From an uncultured virus (IMG/VR IMGVR_UViG_3300048442_000810) (lineage: Duplodnaviria > Heunggongvirae > Uroviricota > Caudoviricetes), in IMG/VR virus record IMGVR_UViG_3300048442_000810: DNA of 64,000 bases; one strand, written 5' to 3'. Position 1 is the stretch's first letter. The number at the start of each line of letters is the position of its first letter. Shown in pieces: positions 11,501-21,229 of the stretch. Position numbers and translations under genes: made by a program. Under the pieces are notes generated by a model. The model ran no database searches. It was not told the origin of the DNA and was given only the letters and a program-made list of their open reading frames with translations.

Positions 11501-12638
11501 AGGTAGCCAAGGTACTACGGGAGCCACAGGTGCACAAGGAAGAACAGGAACAACCGGTTCAACCGGTTCAACAGGTTCGCAGGGTACTCAAGGACTAAAA
11601 GGAAATACAGGAAATACAGGTAGCCAAGGTACAACCGGTGCTACGGGTGGAACAGGTTCTACAGGTTCGCAAGGTGCGACAGGTGCTCAGGGACAAAGAG
11701 GTACTACCGGTTTAACAGGGTCGCAAGGAGCAACAGGGTCGCAAGGAAGAACAGGAACAACCGGTTCAACAGGTAGCCAAGGAGCAACAGGTGCTACGGG
11801 TGGAACAGGTGGAACAGGTTCGCAAGGTACTCAAGGATTAAAAGGTAATACGGGTAATACAGGTTCAACAGGTTCTCAAGGAGCAACAGGTGCTACGGGT
11901 GGAACAGGTGGAACAGGTTCTCAAGGTGCAACAGGTTCGCAAGGAAGAACAGGAACAACCGGTTCAACAGGTTCGCAAGGAACTACAGGTGCTACGGGTG
12001 GAACAGGTGGAACAGGTTCTCAAGGTGCTACAGGTGCACAAGGACAAAGAGGTGTAACAGGATTAACAGGTTCGCAAGGAACTACAGGTACAACGGGGTC
12101 TACAGGTTCAACAGGAAGCCAAGGTACTACGGGTGCTACGGGTGGAACCGGTTCGCAAGGTGCACAAGGTAGGACAGGAACTACAGGTTCAACAGGAAGC
12201 CAAGGTGCTCAAGGATTAAAAGGTAATACGGGTGGAACAGGTTCTCAAGGAACTACAGGTGCAACGGGGTCTACAGGTTCAACAGGTTCTCAAGGAACTC
12301 AGGGACTTCAAGGAAGAACAGGTACAACCGGTAATACAGGTAGCCAAGGTGCAACAGGTTCTCAAGGTAGGACAGGTACGACAGGTACTCAGGGTAGGAC
12401 AGGTTCAACAGGTTCAACGGGTTCTCAAGGTTCTACAGGAACAACCGGAACACAAGGTTCTACAGGAGCAACAGGAGGTTCGCCTGTTTTTAGTAGTGCT
12501 AGTTCTACCTCACTCCAAAGAAATGGATTTAATACAAGTACACCTTCTGCTACAGGTCTTGCTCCGGCAGGTTGGATAATAGTTACTGCTAGTAATGGTA
12601 CAAGTTATTACTTACCTGCTTGGATATATGATAAATAA
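5553..12638 (+). CDS. Giant collagen-like fibre protein (2361 aa)
   Basis: About 2280 residues of Gly-X-Y ([12 protein letters not shown]); 52-aa C-terminal domain ending [20 protein letters not shown]. Confidence 0.92.
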   Translation: MGNLNGGLGVRGAGTGGGGGGGAQGAQGTQGPSGGVQGATGAQGTTGAGTQGTTGIQGPQGPQGSNGAQGTTGSQGTTGSQGTNGTQGRTGAQGTTGSQGRTGTTGSQGAVGTQGSTGNQGTTGAQGIKGNQGTTGATGSQGATGTTGAQGIQGIQGRIGTTGAQGTQGTNGTSGAQGSAGTQGTSGSTGTQGTTGAQGTNGTTGSQGATGTQGRAGSTGTQGTQGAQGTNGTIGSQGATGSQGIKGDRGSQGTAGSTGTQGATGSQGATGTQGTNGTQGTTGAQGTKGDTGSQGTTGTQGTTGTTGAQGTQGIQGRQGNGGTQGTTGSQGAQGIQGRGGPQGATGTQGTNGTQGTNGTQGTTGAQGIKGDTGSQGATGTQGTSGSQGSTGSQGATGATGIQGTNGAQGAQGRAGTTGSQGATGTQGTTGAQGIKGDTGAQGAQGTSGTQGATGAQGIKGDTGSQGATGTQGSRGAQGTTGAQGTTGTQGTTGTQGATGTQGTTGAQGTTGAQGRDGTNGTQGATGTQGAQGRIGSQGATGSQGTQGIKGDTGSQGATGSQGAQGIIGNQGITGGTGSQGTSGTQGATGSQGAQGIKGNQGLTGGTGSQGTTGAQGAQGRTGTGGTQGTTGSQGSQGIQGRGGPQGATGTQGTNGTQGTTGTQGTNGTQGSTGSQGSAGSQGTTGTQGATGSQGTQGIQGRGGSQGATGTQGATGSQGATGTQGATGNQGTTGTQGARGSQGTTGTQGTTGTQGATGSQGATGSQGATGSQGATGAQGTNGTQGTTGTQGARGTQGTTGSQGTTGSQGATGSQGRTGSQGATGSQGATGSQGAQGTKGDTGAQGTQGIKGTQGTTGSQGTTGSQGTQGLQGRAGNNGAQGATGSQGTTGSQGTTGSQGTTGSQGTKGAQGATGSQGATGTQGTTGSQGATGSQGTTGAQGIKGDTGSQGTTGTQGATGTQGRTGSQGATGTQGATGSQGTTGTTGAQGTQGIQGRIGTTGSQGATGSQGTQGIQGRGGPQGATGTQGTTGSQGTTGATGSQGAQGTKGTQGATGSQGIKGDTGSQGTQGLQGRAGNTGSQGATGSQGTTGTQGATGSQGATGSQGTTGTQGTTGTQGATGTQGATGSQGRTGAQGTTGTQGTTGTQGATGTQGTTGTQGATGSQGATGAQGQKGAQGATGSQGTTGTQGATGSQGIKGAQGATGATGSQGTTGTQGATGSQGTTGTQGATGSQGTTGSQGRTGAQGTTGTQGTTGTQGIKGDTGSQGTQGLQGRAGNTGSQGATGTQGTTGTQGATGAQGTTGAQGLKGNQGTTGATGSQGATGAQGRTGTGGTQGTTGSQGATGSQGIKGAQGTTGTQGTTGSQGTQGIQGIKGNIGGTGSQGATGAQGTTGSQGTRGTQGTTGTQGTTGATGSQGAQGTKGTQGATGSQGTKGDTGSQGTQGLQGRAGNTGSTGSQGATGSQGTTGSQGTTGSQGATGAQGQRGVTGLTGSQGATGAQGTTGSQGTTGSQGTKGDTGNTGSQGATGAQGRTGTGGTQGTTGSQGATGSQGIKGAQGTTGTTGSTGSQGATGSQGTKGAQGTTGTTGSTGSQGATGAQGQRGVTGLTGSQGATGSQGATGAQGTTGTTGSTGSQGATGAQGQRGVTGLTGSQGATGSQGTTGTTGATGSQGATGAQGRTGTTGSTGSQGATGSQGTTGTTGSTGSQGTTGATGSQGATGAQGQRGTTGLTGSQGATGSQGRTGTTGSTGSQGTQGLQGLKGTTGNTGSQGATGAQGQRGVTGLTGSQGATGAQGTTGTTGNTGSQGATGSQGRTGTTGNTGSQGTTGATGSQGATGAQGQRGTTGLTGSQGATGSQGRTGTTGSTGSQGATGATGSTGSQGTQGLKGTTGSTGSQGATGTTGSTGSQGATGAQGRTGTTGSTGSQGTQGLKGNTGNTGSQGTTGATGGTGSQGATGAQGQRGTTGLTGSQGTTGATGGTGSTGSQGTTGATGAQGRTGTTGSTGSTGSQGTQGLKGNTGNTGSQGTTGATGGTGSTGSQGATGAQGQRGTTGLTGSQGATGSQGRTGTTGSTGSQGATGATGGTGGTGSQGTQGLKGNTGNTGSTGSQGATGATGGTGGTGSQGATGSQGRTGTTGSTGSQGTTGATGGTGGTGSQGATGAQGQRGVTGLTGSQGTTGTTGSTGSTGSQGTTGATGGTGSQGAQGRTGTTGSTGSQGAQGLKGNTGGTGSQGTTGATGSTGSTGSQGTQGLQGRTGTTGNTGSQGATGSQGRTGTTGTQGRTGSTGSTGSQGSTGTTGTQGSTGATGGSPVFSSASSTSLQRNGFNTSTPSATGLAPAGWIIVTASNGTSYYLPAWIYDK
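5617..12479 (+). repeat. Degenerate 9-bp-period coding repeat (Gly-X-Y triplets)
   Basis: GGN-NCN-CAA / GGN-NCN-ACA periodicity throughout; boundaries approximate. Confidence 0.9.
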
Positions 12639-12643
12639 AGATT

Positions 12644-13396
12644 ATGAATAATAAGAAACTAAATATAGCTTTAACAGTAGTTAGTGTGCTTTTCATAGGG
12701 GTTAGTGGAACCTTATTAATCAAATACATCAGAAATAGAAGAAAAAATAATTTTAAAGATGTAAATGGTAAAACTACTAAAGATAACTTTTGGCAAAAAT
12801 TGCTTTATGGTGTAATATCTGTAGAATATGGTTTTAATACTCCTTGCGATAATATTTGGAGTAAAGGGTGCAGAGGTAAAAGATATACTGATGTATTACA
12901 TTTAGATAGTGGTACAATAGGTATAGCCCATTTTGCAGCAGGTGGTTTAGGTAAAGTATATAAAAATATGGACACCGAAAAATATTTTGGTCGTTCAGAA
13001 AAAGATATGGTTAACAACTATGCTGATAGAAAAAGTGGTGCTTCTGATAATCAATGGTGGATTGATGGATTTAGAAAATGGGTTAATGACCGCAGAAACG
13101 ATAAGGTACAAGATAAAATTTTCAGAGAAGCAAGACAGAAATCTATAAATTATGCTAAAGAAGAAGGCGGTTGGAATACTGATAGAGAATTTGCTATAGC
13201 AGCAGGAATAGGAAACTCTTATGGTGATTCAGGATTTAGAAAATATGCTAGACAATACAATTGGGATGCAGACAAACTGCTAGAAGCATATAAGTATAAA
13301 TTTGGTCAAAATGAATTTAGTAATCATAAAAACAAAAGAGTCATCCAAATAAATAAATGGTTTCCTAAATCTAAAGAAAGAAAAATAAATCTATAA
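12644..13396 (+). CDS. Membrane-anchored lysozyme-like peptidoglycan hydrolase (putative)
   Basis: N-terminal TM plus basic patch; SVE...D.G.IGIAHF..G pattern resembles lysozyme-fold catalytic regions. Confidence 0.5.
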   Translation: MNNKKLNIALTVVSVLFIGVSGTLLIKYIRNRRKNNFKDVNGKTTKDNFWQKLLYGVISVEYGFNTPCDNIWSKGCRGKRYTDVLHLDSGTIGIAHFAAGGLGKVYKNMDTEKYFGRSEKDMVNNYADRKSGASDNQWWIDGFRKWVNDRRNDKVQDKIFREARQKSINYAKEEGGWNTDREFAIAAGIGNSYGDSGFRKYARQYNWDADKLLEAYKYKFGQNEFSNHKNKRVIQINKWFPKSKERKINL

Positions 13397-15691
13397 TTAC
13401 TTCTTATCCGACCCAAACATTGCCTTATCTAATTGTTCTTGTGTAATTGTAGCTACTACTTTCATAGAATTTTCATTTAGCATATAACTAGATGCCTTTT
13501 TAGTATCTTCAGAAGTATCTAGCATTTTTTCCATAATTTTAGGATTTATATACTTCGGATGAACATACCAATCTTCATAACAAGCAGTATCATTTGGTGC
13601 TATATTTCTTACAACTAATTCATATCCTTTAGAATTAAGGAATAATCTTGATAACTCTCTGTATTTACTTTTTGGGTCTGCATAATGGTCGTGCTCATAT
13701 GTAATTACTTTAAAATCACACTTATCAAAAGGTATAGAAGTTAAAATATCAAAAGTTACAGAAGCAGGGTCACAATCTATTTGTAAATAATCAATTACAC
13801 CGATTAGGTTGGAATAATCATATTTTCTTGCATCACAAAGTTCAACTTTATTTTTCCTCTCTTCTCTAAATTTATTTACAAAAACTTCATCTATATCTAT
13901 TGATACTCCTGTCCAACCTAATTCTTCTAATAAAGCAGTATTATTTCCGTAGAATGGGTCAGCAGAGCCTATTTCAAGATATTCTCCATTAGTCTTTCCA
14001 TCCAACATTGATAATACAAACATATCCTGATAACATTGAGAATAATTTTTATCTATTTTTTTATAATTTTTGAATTTATATCTTAAACTATCTGCCATAG
14101 ATTTATCATAAGGGAGGCACGGATGACTTACTTCCCCTAAATCTGTAATATTTTTTAATATTAAATCCTTATAGAATTGTGTTAAAGGATAGTCTGATGA
14201 ATAGAGTTTACTAAACTTTTTTCTAGCATCATTTCCTTGTCCTAAATTCCAATCACATATAGCATCTTGAAACTCTAATTCATAAAAATGATGATATAAA
14301 AGAGCATTACTTATTGGTTCGCTATTATTTTTAAATTCAAGACCCAACCTAGCAAAGGTTTGAGATTGAGAAAAATTATTTCTATGTTCAAAATACTGTG
14401 AAACAAATAGATATGCTTCCGGTCTTGTTGGTTTATATCTAATAGCATTATGCCACAATTCTATTTCTGTATCATCTCTCCTACCCAATAGACTAATACA
14501 TTTAGCTACAAATAATAATGATTCATAAACTAAATTTTCAGGTGTTTCTTCTATTTCAGCAGTTCTCAAAAAGAAAGATAAAGCTGATGAATATTGACCA
14601 CTTGTAAAATAATACAACCCTAATTCGTAATTTGTATTATATATATTTGGAGAATTAATAAAACTATTAATTAATCCGTTTGTACCTTCTACATCTATTT
14701 TTTTAAGTTTTGTATTCGGCTTCCTTAATCCTACCATTTCCTCAAACATATCACAAGGAAGTTTTAATAAGAATGCGGTTGTATCTTGATAGCCAAATGG
14801 TAAATAAAAGTTATCTCCTTCTAAATGCAAACCACAGGTAAACTCTATCTGAGCATCCATAAATTTAAATTCTTCTGAATGATGTACTATTTTCCAATCT
14901 TTATCCCAAACAATAAACCTATGATAGTATTCACAATCTTTATTATTCTGCTCGTTAAACCATAAATCAACTTCGTGAGTAACACATACCCAATAGTCTT
15001 TATATTTTATTACTTGTGAACCTCCTCTTAAATCTCTTGGAAACTCAACATCTTGCTCAATCGTTTTTATTGTTTTAGATTTTGTTTTGGTATTATTTAC
15101 CTTGACAATTTCTGTAGGAGATGTCCATTTAACATAGTGATTTGGCATATCTAAAATTGGCATCCAATTCTTTTCACAGTATGTTTCCCTTGGTGCTTCT
15201 ATTCTATTTCTTGAAATCTCTTTATTGTTTTTTACTTCTGAGATTTCCATTCTTCCCTGCCCGTTTGTAGTGGTATCTCTTCTAACTCCTGTTAGCAAAA
15301 CTTTTCCTCCCCAATTTACTAATCTAGCATCTTCTAATCCTACAAAATCCCAAAGTGGCTTTACATCTAATTTGGAAGTATCTACTAGATTATGTTTTTT
15401 TAACTCTAAAGTTTTAGGGTCTAACTCACATAAAAAATTTCTAGTAGTAAGTGTTATATCATCTTCAGGATTTAAATATACTAATGGTCCGTAAGGACTT
15501 TGATGTTTTTGTTTGAATTCTGAGTGGTATAAAGAATAACCTACCCACCTCATCACAACATATATTTTGTTTTTGATTTTAAGAATTGAAGGGTTCATCA
15601 ATCCTAATCCTTCAGTTTTTTCAGTTGGTATAATTAATGGAGTAACGGAACCTCCTTTTTGAAGGGCTAATTTGCAAATATTTTTATTCAT
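13397..15691 (-). CDS. Multidomain glycan-modifying protein: beta-propeller glycosidase/phosphorylase-like + TPR + FkbM-like methyltransferase
   Basis: MNPSI, GLEDARL, EKNWMP, RGGSQ, IEF..G propeller motifs; RPEAY TPR-like region; SQ..QD, YLEIG, LQIDCD methyltransferase motifs. Confidence 0.75.
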   Translation of the reverse strand: MNKNICKLALQKGGSVTPLIIPTEKTEGLGLMNPSILKIKNKIYVVMRWVGYSLYHSEFKQKHQSPYGPLVYLNPEDDITLTTRNFLCELDPKTLELKKHNLVDTSKLDVKPLWDFVGLEDARLVNWGGKVLLTGVRRDTTTNGQGRMEISEVKNNKEISRNRIEAPRETYCEKNWMPILDMPNHYVKWTSPTEIVKVNNTKTKSKTIKTIEQDVEFPRDLRGGSQVIKYKDYWVCVTHEVDLWFNEQNNKDCEYYHRFIVWDKDWKIVHHSEEFKFMDAQIEFTCGLHLEGDNFYLPFGYQDTTAFLLKLPCDMFEEMVGLRKPNTKLKKIDVEGTNGLINSFINSPNIYNTNYELGLYYFTSGQYSSALSFFLRTAEIEETPENLVYESLLFVAKCISLLGRRDDTEIELWHNAIRYKPTRPEAYLFVSQYFEHRNNFSQSQTFARLGLEFKNNSEPISNALLYHHFYELEFQDAICDWNLGQGNDARKKFSKLYSSDYPLTQFYKDLILKNITDLGEVSHPCLPYDKSMADSLRYKFKNYKKIDKNYSQCYQDMFVLSMLDGKTNGEYLEIGSADPFYGNNTALLEELGWTGVSIDIDEVFVNKFREERKNKVELCDARKYDYSNLIGVIDYLQIDCDPASVTFDILTSIPFDKCDFKVITYEHDHYADPKSKYRELSRLFLNSKGYELVVRNIAPNDTACYEDWYVHPKYINPKIMEKMLDTSEDTKKASSYMLNENSMKVVATITQEQLDKAMFGSDKK

Positions 15692-15730
15692 CGGGTGTGT
15701 TTTGAGTTAATATTATTAATAACAAAAATA

Positions 15731-15934
15731 TCAATTATAAACAAATAATAAGCTAATAATCAATATATTTAGTTTTTCTATAGCTAAAATATGATAGTAT
15801 GCAGCCTCTAATCTGATAGAAAAATCTGCATATTTATAATTATTTTTCTTTCCTAAATCATTAGCTAACTTTATTACTTTAGATTTTATTCTTTTATCTA
15901 AAGATGATTTTAGTATTGCTGACTCTTTAGTCAT
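15731..15934 (-). CDS. Hypothetical protein
   Basis: Short ORF; ATG at 15934 overlaps the upstream stop. Confidence 0.5.
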   Translation of the reverse strand: MTKESAILKSSLDKRIKSKVIKLANDLGKKNNYKYADFSIRLEAAYYHILAIEKLNILIISLLFVYN

Positions 15935-16640
15935 TGACCTCTCTATTACCATTATAAAAATTATACAATGTCAATAAAGCTAAAGCCGTATGATGTACCT
16001 GTAATAGTAAAAGTTGTTGAGGGGATAATTCTTTTGGATTATCGAATCCTGTAAAAACACCATTTGAATCTTGGTCTGATTCTAGTTTCATTATCCATTT
16101 TTCTTTAATAGCAAAAGAATCTATTTTTGATAAAAAATATAATGCTTCTGTAGATACATCTGTACTATCAGGAATTCTTATGTATAAATTTTGTAAAGAC
16201 CAAATCATAAAGTCTTTATAAGTTCTTATTAGGTGATTATCCTTAACAATTGTAAATAATGCCCAAATTAAATGAGTTAATTCATATCCCTCATTTATTT
16301 GTTGCTCTATTGTTAGGGATTTGCTAGATGAAATAATTTTATTGTAGTAAGTTATTTGTTTAATATAATCTTCTAAATCAATATTTTTTTTCAATAAAAC
16401 ATCTGCTACATATTTTCTTCCGGATAATCTTTCTACATCTTTAATTGGATAAGACACCAACATTGCATCTCTTAAATCATCTACATTTTCTGTGGGAAGC
16501 CCTAAATTAATTTTGTAATTATCTTGAACCATAAGAATTAATCCTCTTGCTCCTGCATCATCGTGAGTAGTCTTTTGAGAGGTATCAATTTCTTGACTTA
16601 CATATCTCTTTAAAAAGTTTAAGGATTTGTCATAATTCAT
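15927..16640 (-). CDS. Hypothetical alpha-helical protein (possible alpha/alpha-toroid fold)
   Basis: YELTH, Q..NG.F and HHT motifs. Confidence 0.55.
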   Translation of the reverse strand: MNYDKSLNFLKRYVSQEIDTSQKTTHDDAGARGLILMVQDNYKINLGLPTENVDDLRDAMLVSYPIKDVERLSGRKYVADVLLKKNIDLEDYIKQITYYNKIISSSKSLTIEQQINEGYELTHLIWALFTIVKDNHLIRTYKDFMIWSLQNLYIRIPDSTDVSTEALYFLSKIDSFAIKEKWIMKLESDQDSNGVFTGFDNPKELSPQQLLLLQVHHTALALLTLYNFYNGNREVND

Positions 16641-16688
16641 AGTAACAAAGATAGAAAACTCATTATAATAAATTTGTTTTATTCTTAA

Positions 16689-16913
16689 TTATTTATTATA
16701 TGCTGCATACCATTCATCAAAGTTCATTGGTCTGTCCATAAGTTCGTGCCTAACATCTCTACAATAGTCACTATATTCAGTAGCAACAGTTTTTAATTCC
16801 TCGTATCTTATTGATTTCAAATGTTCTAGGTACTTTAAGTCCTGTCTGAGTTTTTTTATTTCACTATCTTTTGTTTTTAGCAACATATTTTTAATGTCCT
16901 CTTTTTTTTCCAT
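16689..16913 (-). CDS. Hypothetical protein
   Basis: Shares NFDEW with the adjacent ORF. Confidence 0.6.
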   Translation of the reverse strand: MEKKEDIKNMLLKTKDSEIKKLRQDLKYLEHLKSIRYEELKTVATEYSDYCRDVRHELMDRPMNFDEWYAAYNK

Positions 16914-16918
16914 TTTTT

Positions 16919-17128
16919 TTATATATTAAATCGTGAAACATACCTGTCAAACCATTCATCAAAATTTAATTTATTGTCCTTATCTAATCTATTATTTGTA
17001 CGGTATCTATAATAATCTATTGATGTATTTTTAATAAGAGTATAACCTATGACTTGAAATTTATCTTTAAACTCTTCAAAAAAAATATTTGCCTCTTCTA
17101 AACTTTGTGAAGATTTATTTTTTTCCAT
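16919..17128 (-). CDS. Hypothetical protein
   Basis: Shares NFDEW with the adjacent ORF. Confidence 0.6.
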   Translation of the reverse strand: MEKNKSSQSLEEANIFFEEFKDKFQVIGYTLIKNTSIDYYRYRTNNRLDKDNKLNFDEWFDRYVSRFNI

Positions 17129-18158
17129 TTTTCTTTAATTTTTCAATAGACTTCATATTATCTACTATTTTCTTCATCTGCTTATCAGTATATTTTTTAG
17201 TAGTTTTTGTTTCTTTTATTTCTGCCAAATGAATATTAGCTGATTTAACTTTAGGGTCTAATCCCGGAAGTATAGGCTCAAACTCTACTTTTATTTGTTT
17301 TAAGTCATCCATTGTTTCTTCAAATCCCGGAATATCCCCTTCCCAATCAGTATGCTCTGCCTGTTCTTCAATAGTGGCTCCTTCATCTTCTTTCATAGCT
17401 TTTTCAAAAAGACTTGCAGTAGTTTTAGGTTTTGTTTCTATAACTATAGGCTGATTATTATCATCTAACCTCATAGCCCCTCCTCCTTCTACTACATTAT
17501 CATAAGCTATAACTTTAGCCATATTTAAGTTCTTAGGTAGTAGTTTGCATAATTGTTTAAAGCAGGTTTTCTTTAGCATCCAATTCTCAGGGTCTTTGGG
17601 TGAAAACCATATAGAACCATTACCTGCCTTTGAAAGTGCTTGTATGGCTCTTAAATCATCCATATTCATAACTTTAAAGATAGGCTCTTGGTTGGAAAAT
17701 CTTACTACACAATATACTGCGATTAATGCCCCTCTCTTTACTGAAGTAGGTTTATGAGATAAAGTAGGAGTTAATCCTAGTTCATATTCAAACTCATCGT
17801 TCTCATAAACACATTCACTTGTTATATTTTGAACATTAGGATTTCGATATAATAATTTACTTAATCCTTGATAACCTATTTGAAATTGACATTCATTTCC
17901 ATAAGGTATTAACCAACATTCTCCCATTTGAGCAGTTGGAGATAATCCAAATTCCGCACAAGTTAAAATTGAAGAAAATACAGATGCCGGATTTTTAGTA
18001 AATACTTGAAGTAATCTTGAATTTCTTTTTATTTGATTAACCGCCATATGCATAAACTGCTGAGGGTTAATTTCTTGTTCTTCTAAAAGGTCCTTTATAG
18101 TTTGTAGATAATACTTACTAAGTTGACTTTCAAATTTTAATGCTATTTCTTTTGACAT
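17115..18158 (-). CDS. recT: RecT family single-strand annealing protein
   Basis: S....I...A..GL.P....G.C.LIPY....QFQIGYQGL, VYENDEF, M.KKT...L.K.LP. Confidence 0.9.
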   Translation of the reverse strand: MSKEIALKFESQLSKYYLQTIKDLLEEQEINPQQFMHMAVNQIKRNSRLLQVFTKNPASVFSSILTCAEFGLSPTAQMGECWLIPYGNECQFQIGYQGLSKLLYRNPNVQNITSECVYENDEFEYELGLTPTLSHKPTSVKRGALIAVYCVVRFSNQEPIFKVMNMDDLRAIQALSKAGNGSIWFSPKDPENWMLKKTCFKQLCKLLPKNLNMAKVIAYDNVVEGGGAMRLDDNNQPIVIETKPKTTASLFEKAMKEDEGATIEEQAEHTDWEGDIPGFEETMDDLKQIKVEFEPILPGLDPKVKSANIHLAEIKETKTTKKYTDKQMKKIVDNMKSIEKLKKNGKK

Positions 18159-18177
18159 AGTGTGTGTGTGTTTTTAA

Positions 18178-18288
18178 AATAGATGATACGGTAAAGTTCC
18201 TGCTCGGCAACGGTCAAGTATGCTCCACAGGTTCAACGGACTTTTTTGATGGAGGACTGCTCGTAACTTACCCCTGCACTCATCTATT
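18178..18288 (-). ncRNA. Candidate structured RNA / leader upstream of recT
   Basis: GC-richer island closed by a perfect 9-bp stem AATAGATGA/TCATCTATT, with nested GGTAAAGTT/AACTTACC and CTCCA/TGGAG. Confidence 0.45.
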
Positions 18289-18291
18289 ATA

Positions 18292-18726
18292 TTATTTATT
18301 TAACTCTTTATATCTTGCTATTTTTTGGTTCATTGTTTTACATCCTTTATACTCATCCCCGTAAGAACCCATAGTATATATTTTGCAAAACTCTTTAACC
18401 TTAATATCTGTCCATAAATATTCTTGAATATCTTCAGACTCTCCATTCCATTCAAACTCTAATTCTGATTTGCTAGTATCTTCATCAGCAATCATAAATA
18501 TTGGTGTTTTTTCTCCCATATAGCTTCCAACTACATTATGTTGAAAAAATTCTACCGCCTCTTCTTCAGTCATTTTATCTCTTTCCATAAGTATTTGTAT
18601 GCATTTTTTACTGCTATAAATAGCTTTGACTGTATTACATTGTGATATTCCGACTATAGCTTCATTAAAACCATCTGCCAATAAGCATTGATTAAAATCT
18701 AACAACATTTCTAGTTCTTTATTCAT
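18292..18726 (-). CDS. Conserved-looking phage hypothetical protein
   Basis: ADGF.EAI.G...Y...KCI..LM....M..EEA.EFF..N..G.Y.G..TP motif typical of phage hypotheticals. Confidence 0.7.
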   Translation of the reverse strand: MNKELEMLLDFNQCLLADGFNEAIVGISQCNTVKAIYSSKKCIQILMERDKMTEEEAVEFFQHNVVGSYMGEKTPIFMIADEDTSKSELEFEWNGESEDIQEYLWTDIKVKEFCKIYTMGSYGDEYKGCKTMNQKIARYKELNK

Positions 18727-18976
18727 AATAAAAGTTATTTAATAATATTTCTTTTGCTTCATCAATGTTTTGCCTATCGTAATCGTGAAACGAATTAATA
18801 ATATGCATATCCGATAAACCAATAGCCTTTAATATTTTAATCGTTTGCCTTATTCCAAATATTTCGCTGCATTGCACTATTTGAATTGGATTTTTTTTCC
18901 AATAGCTAAATTCATTTTTAGCAATGGTTATATTTCCATTAATGTAGGTTTCTATAATTTCCGCTAGTCTATTCAT
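18719..18976 (-). CDS. Hypothetical protein
   Basis: ORF in coupled gene run. Confidence 0.6.
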   Translation of the reverse strand: MNRLAEIIETYINGNITIAKNEFSYWKKNPIQIVQCSEIFGIRQTIKILKAIGLSDMHIINSFHDYDRQNIDEAKEILLNNFYYE

Positions 18977-18998
18977 AATATTCTGTTTTTAATTTTGG

Positions 18999-19211
18999 CT
19001 ATTCTTTCAAATTTCTACGATTAATAAACCACTCCAACTTTTTAGTGAAATATTTTATTTGTTCTATATCAAGACTATTAACTGCCATAGACAATTGTTC
19101 CTGATAATATTCTATTTTGGGAGTATATCCGTTAGGATAACGGACTTCGTTTATACTTCCTTTTCTAATTCGGTCAAGTTCTACTTGATGTCGATGGTGT
19201 GGATTACTCAT
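18999..19211 (-). CDS. Hypothetical protein
   Basis: ORF in coupled gene run. Confidence 0.6.
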   Translation of the reverse strand: MSNPHHRHQVELDRIRKGSINEVRYPNGYTPKIEYYQEQLSMAVNSLDIEQIKYFTKKLEWFINRRNLKE

Positions 19212-19230
19212 ATCTATTTGTTTTTTTGAG

Positions 19231-19314
19231 TAATTAAGGAAGTTGTGTTCCGCAGTACCACCCTCAGCCTGAGTGGGTCTTTTGCTGACTGACTATTTAC
19301 AACCTCCCTAATTA
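19231..19314 (-). ncRNA. Candidate structured intergenic element
   Basis: 16-bp outer stem that is fully paired with two G-U pairs only on the - strand; inner CTCA-GGC-TGAG hairpin. Confidence 0.45.
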
Positions 19315-19530
19315 AATTAATTATATACTTTTTCGACTTCTACTCTAACTCTTTTTGTTACTTTATCAATAGTATGGACACATATTAATCCGGTTGTCAA
19401 TTCTATTCTTTCAATTTCTTTTATTCTTCCTCCAAGTAATAAATACTTAATTTTTTTTAATAAATTTTTCATAATTTCTATTTTAATGTTTTAAACTATA
19501 ATTTGTCTTAACAATAATTCCTTCTGAGAA

Positions 19531-19827
19531 TTAATGTCTGTTTGGATAACCTAAATCGTTTCTCCATTTGTCTTGAAGTTTACCCTGTCTTTTAAGATAC
19601 TTTACTCCTCTAAATTGAGGTTCTTCTTCTTGCAGTTTTGCTCTTGCTCTTTTTATACTTGGAGCAGATGTTAATTGCTTAGTTGCGTACAATCTTAAAA
19701 AATCTTTATTTTCATATCCAAGTTGTTGAATTTCCTTGGACCAAATGTTAGCAGATAATCTTTCATCATCATCCTTTAAGGAGGGATGTTTATTTAGCCA
19801 ATACTTTACTTTATCTTTAGTTTTCAT
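19531..19827 (-). CDS. Phage hypothetical protein
   Basis: P.LKDDD..L...W, SI.RARAKLQE..P..RG motif; TATATTTG box at 19852-19859 upstream. Confidence 0.7.
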   Translation of the reverse strand: MKTKDKVKYWLNKHPSLKDDDERLSANIWSKEIQQLGYENKDFLRLYATKQLTSAPSIKRARAKLQEEEPQFRGVKYLKRQGKLQDKWRNDLGYPNRH

Positions 19828-19921
19828 TACTATTTGATTTTGATTTCATTACAAATATATAAAAAAAAACATAAAAACAATATATCTTTAAAGATAATTT
19901 GATAATTATTTTAAAAAATAT

Positions 19922-20296
19922 TTATTTAACCTGATAATCGCCCATAAAAAAGGCACCATCTTTATCTAATTTTTGCTCTCTAATATGGAAATAAGCTAAA
20001 TCTACAGACTTAATATATTTCATATTTCGGTTAAAATCGGTCATTTGATGTGCCAAAACACCATTCTCCCATTTTTTGTGACAGGAAACACAATGATATT
20101 GTATGTTATTAGGGTCGGTAATTAGGTGCCTTGACCTAGAACGAGGAATAAGATGTGAATGAGTTAATTGCCTATAGGTTCCGCATCCTGTGCAGCGATG
20201 AGGTCTTTCTTCTGATATTCTTTGATATACTTCCTTTAACTCTGTGTCTATTAAAGATTGTTTATCGCTTTTGTATGAAAGGTGTGTTTTTTTCAA
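19922..20296 (-). CDS. HNH/NinG-like endonuclease
   Basis: CTGCG...HSHLIPRS...NN....CVSCH. Confidence 0.75.
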   Translation of the reverse strand: MKKTHLSYKSDKQSLIDTELKEVYQRISEERPHRCTGCGTYRQLTHSHLIPRSRSRHLITDPNNIQYHCVSCHKKWENGVLAHQMTDFNRNMKYIKSVDLAYFHIREQKLDKDGAFFMGDYQVK

Positions 20297-20298
20297 AT

Positions 20299-20637
20299 CT
20301 AATCTAATATATCTCTCATTGCATCAAATAACATTTCTACTGATTTTTTAGAATCTTTTTCATTTGAAACATCTTCAAGTTTTTTGGCAAACTTTCTAAG
20401 TTTGAATGGAAAGGTTATCTTTTTCCATAGGTTTTTAAAAAACTGCTTTATATTATAGTATAATTTCATAATGTGTAAAGGGAATGTAAATAATAAGCAA
20501 ACTATCCATAAAGAAATTTCAATAATAATTGGCTCGTGAAATGGGAAATCATCCTGTATTTTTTTTCTATACTCTTCTTGAACCTTAAAGTATTCTACTA
20601 TACCAACCAATATGTATATTATAACAAATATTCCCAT
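20299..20637 (-). CDS. Membrane protein
   Basis: Two hydrophobic segments; TATCTTTG box at 20654-20661. Confidence 0.6.
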   Translation of the reverse strand: MGIFVIIYILVGIVEYFKVQEEYRKKIQDDFPFHEPIIIEISLWIVCLLFTFPLHIMKLYYNIKQFFKNLWKKITFPFKLRKFAKKLEDVSNEKDSKKSVEMLFDAMRDILD

Positions 20638-20671
20638 CTGATTTATTTATTCTCAAAGATAATTAATTATA

Positions 20672-21214
20672 CTACATACTATCCACAACTAAGGTTATAT
20701 TATCAAGTTCATTTATAAAAGTGTTTACATTGATGTACTTCTTATAATAATCCTTATGCTTAAATACTTCAATAATTAAAGTTAAGTTATCTTTTACCTC
20801 AGAAAGGTCATTAAACTCTATCTTTCTACCAATTAATTTTTTAATAGATTTTAAAGAGTAATTATTTAATATATGAGAATAAGAATTATGGTTTATATCA
20901 GTATTAAAAACTACATTATTAACGAAATGCATATGCTCCCCATTAGTGCTTGATAATTTAAAATCTGAGTTCAACTTAAAAGGAGGCTCTTTTTCTCTTA
21001 TGCTATTGACCTCAACACCGGTCATTTCGCATACAAAGGGAATGTTTTCAGGTATTTTCCTGCCTTTCCTGTCTACATCTCTAATTAATGCTTTTTGATG
21101 CCTTAAAACAGATATATACCTTTTTTGTAATATTGGGTCTAATATATTTGACTCTATAAAGTCTATAACGACATTTAGTTCTTGTATTTTCTTATCAAGT
21201 TTGTTTGGTTTCAT
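20672..21214 (-). CDS. Hypothetical protein
   Basis: 180-aa ORF. Confidence 0.6.
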   Translation of the reverse strand: MKPNKLDKKIQELNVVIDFIESNILDPILQKRYISVLRHQKALIRDVDRKGRKIPENIPFVCEMTGVEVNSIREKEPPFKLNSDFKLSSTNGEHMHFVNNVVFNTDINHNSYSHILNNYSLKSIKKLIGRKIEFNDLSEVKDNLTLIIEVFKHKDYYKKYINVNTFINELDNITLVVDSM

Positions 21215-21229
21215 TTATTAGTGTGTGTA

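Noticed and set aside
5617..12479. CRISPR array or satellite
   Set aside because: No fixed repeat with unique spacers; it is a continuous reading frame
5581..12579. Many alternative-frame and antisense ORFs (VLKELQ-rich or STCSSL-rich) inside the collagen gene
   Set aside because: Shadows of the 9-bp coding periodicity, not independent genes
18178..18288. tRNA (contains GGTTCAA)
   Set aside because: No acceptor stem, D-arm or anticodon arm can be drawn
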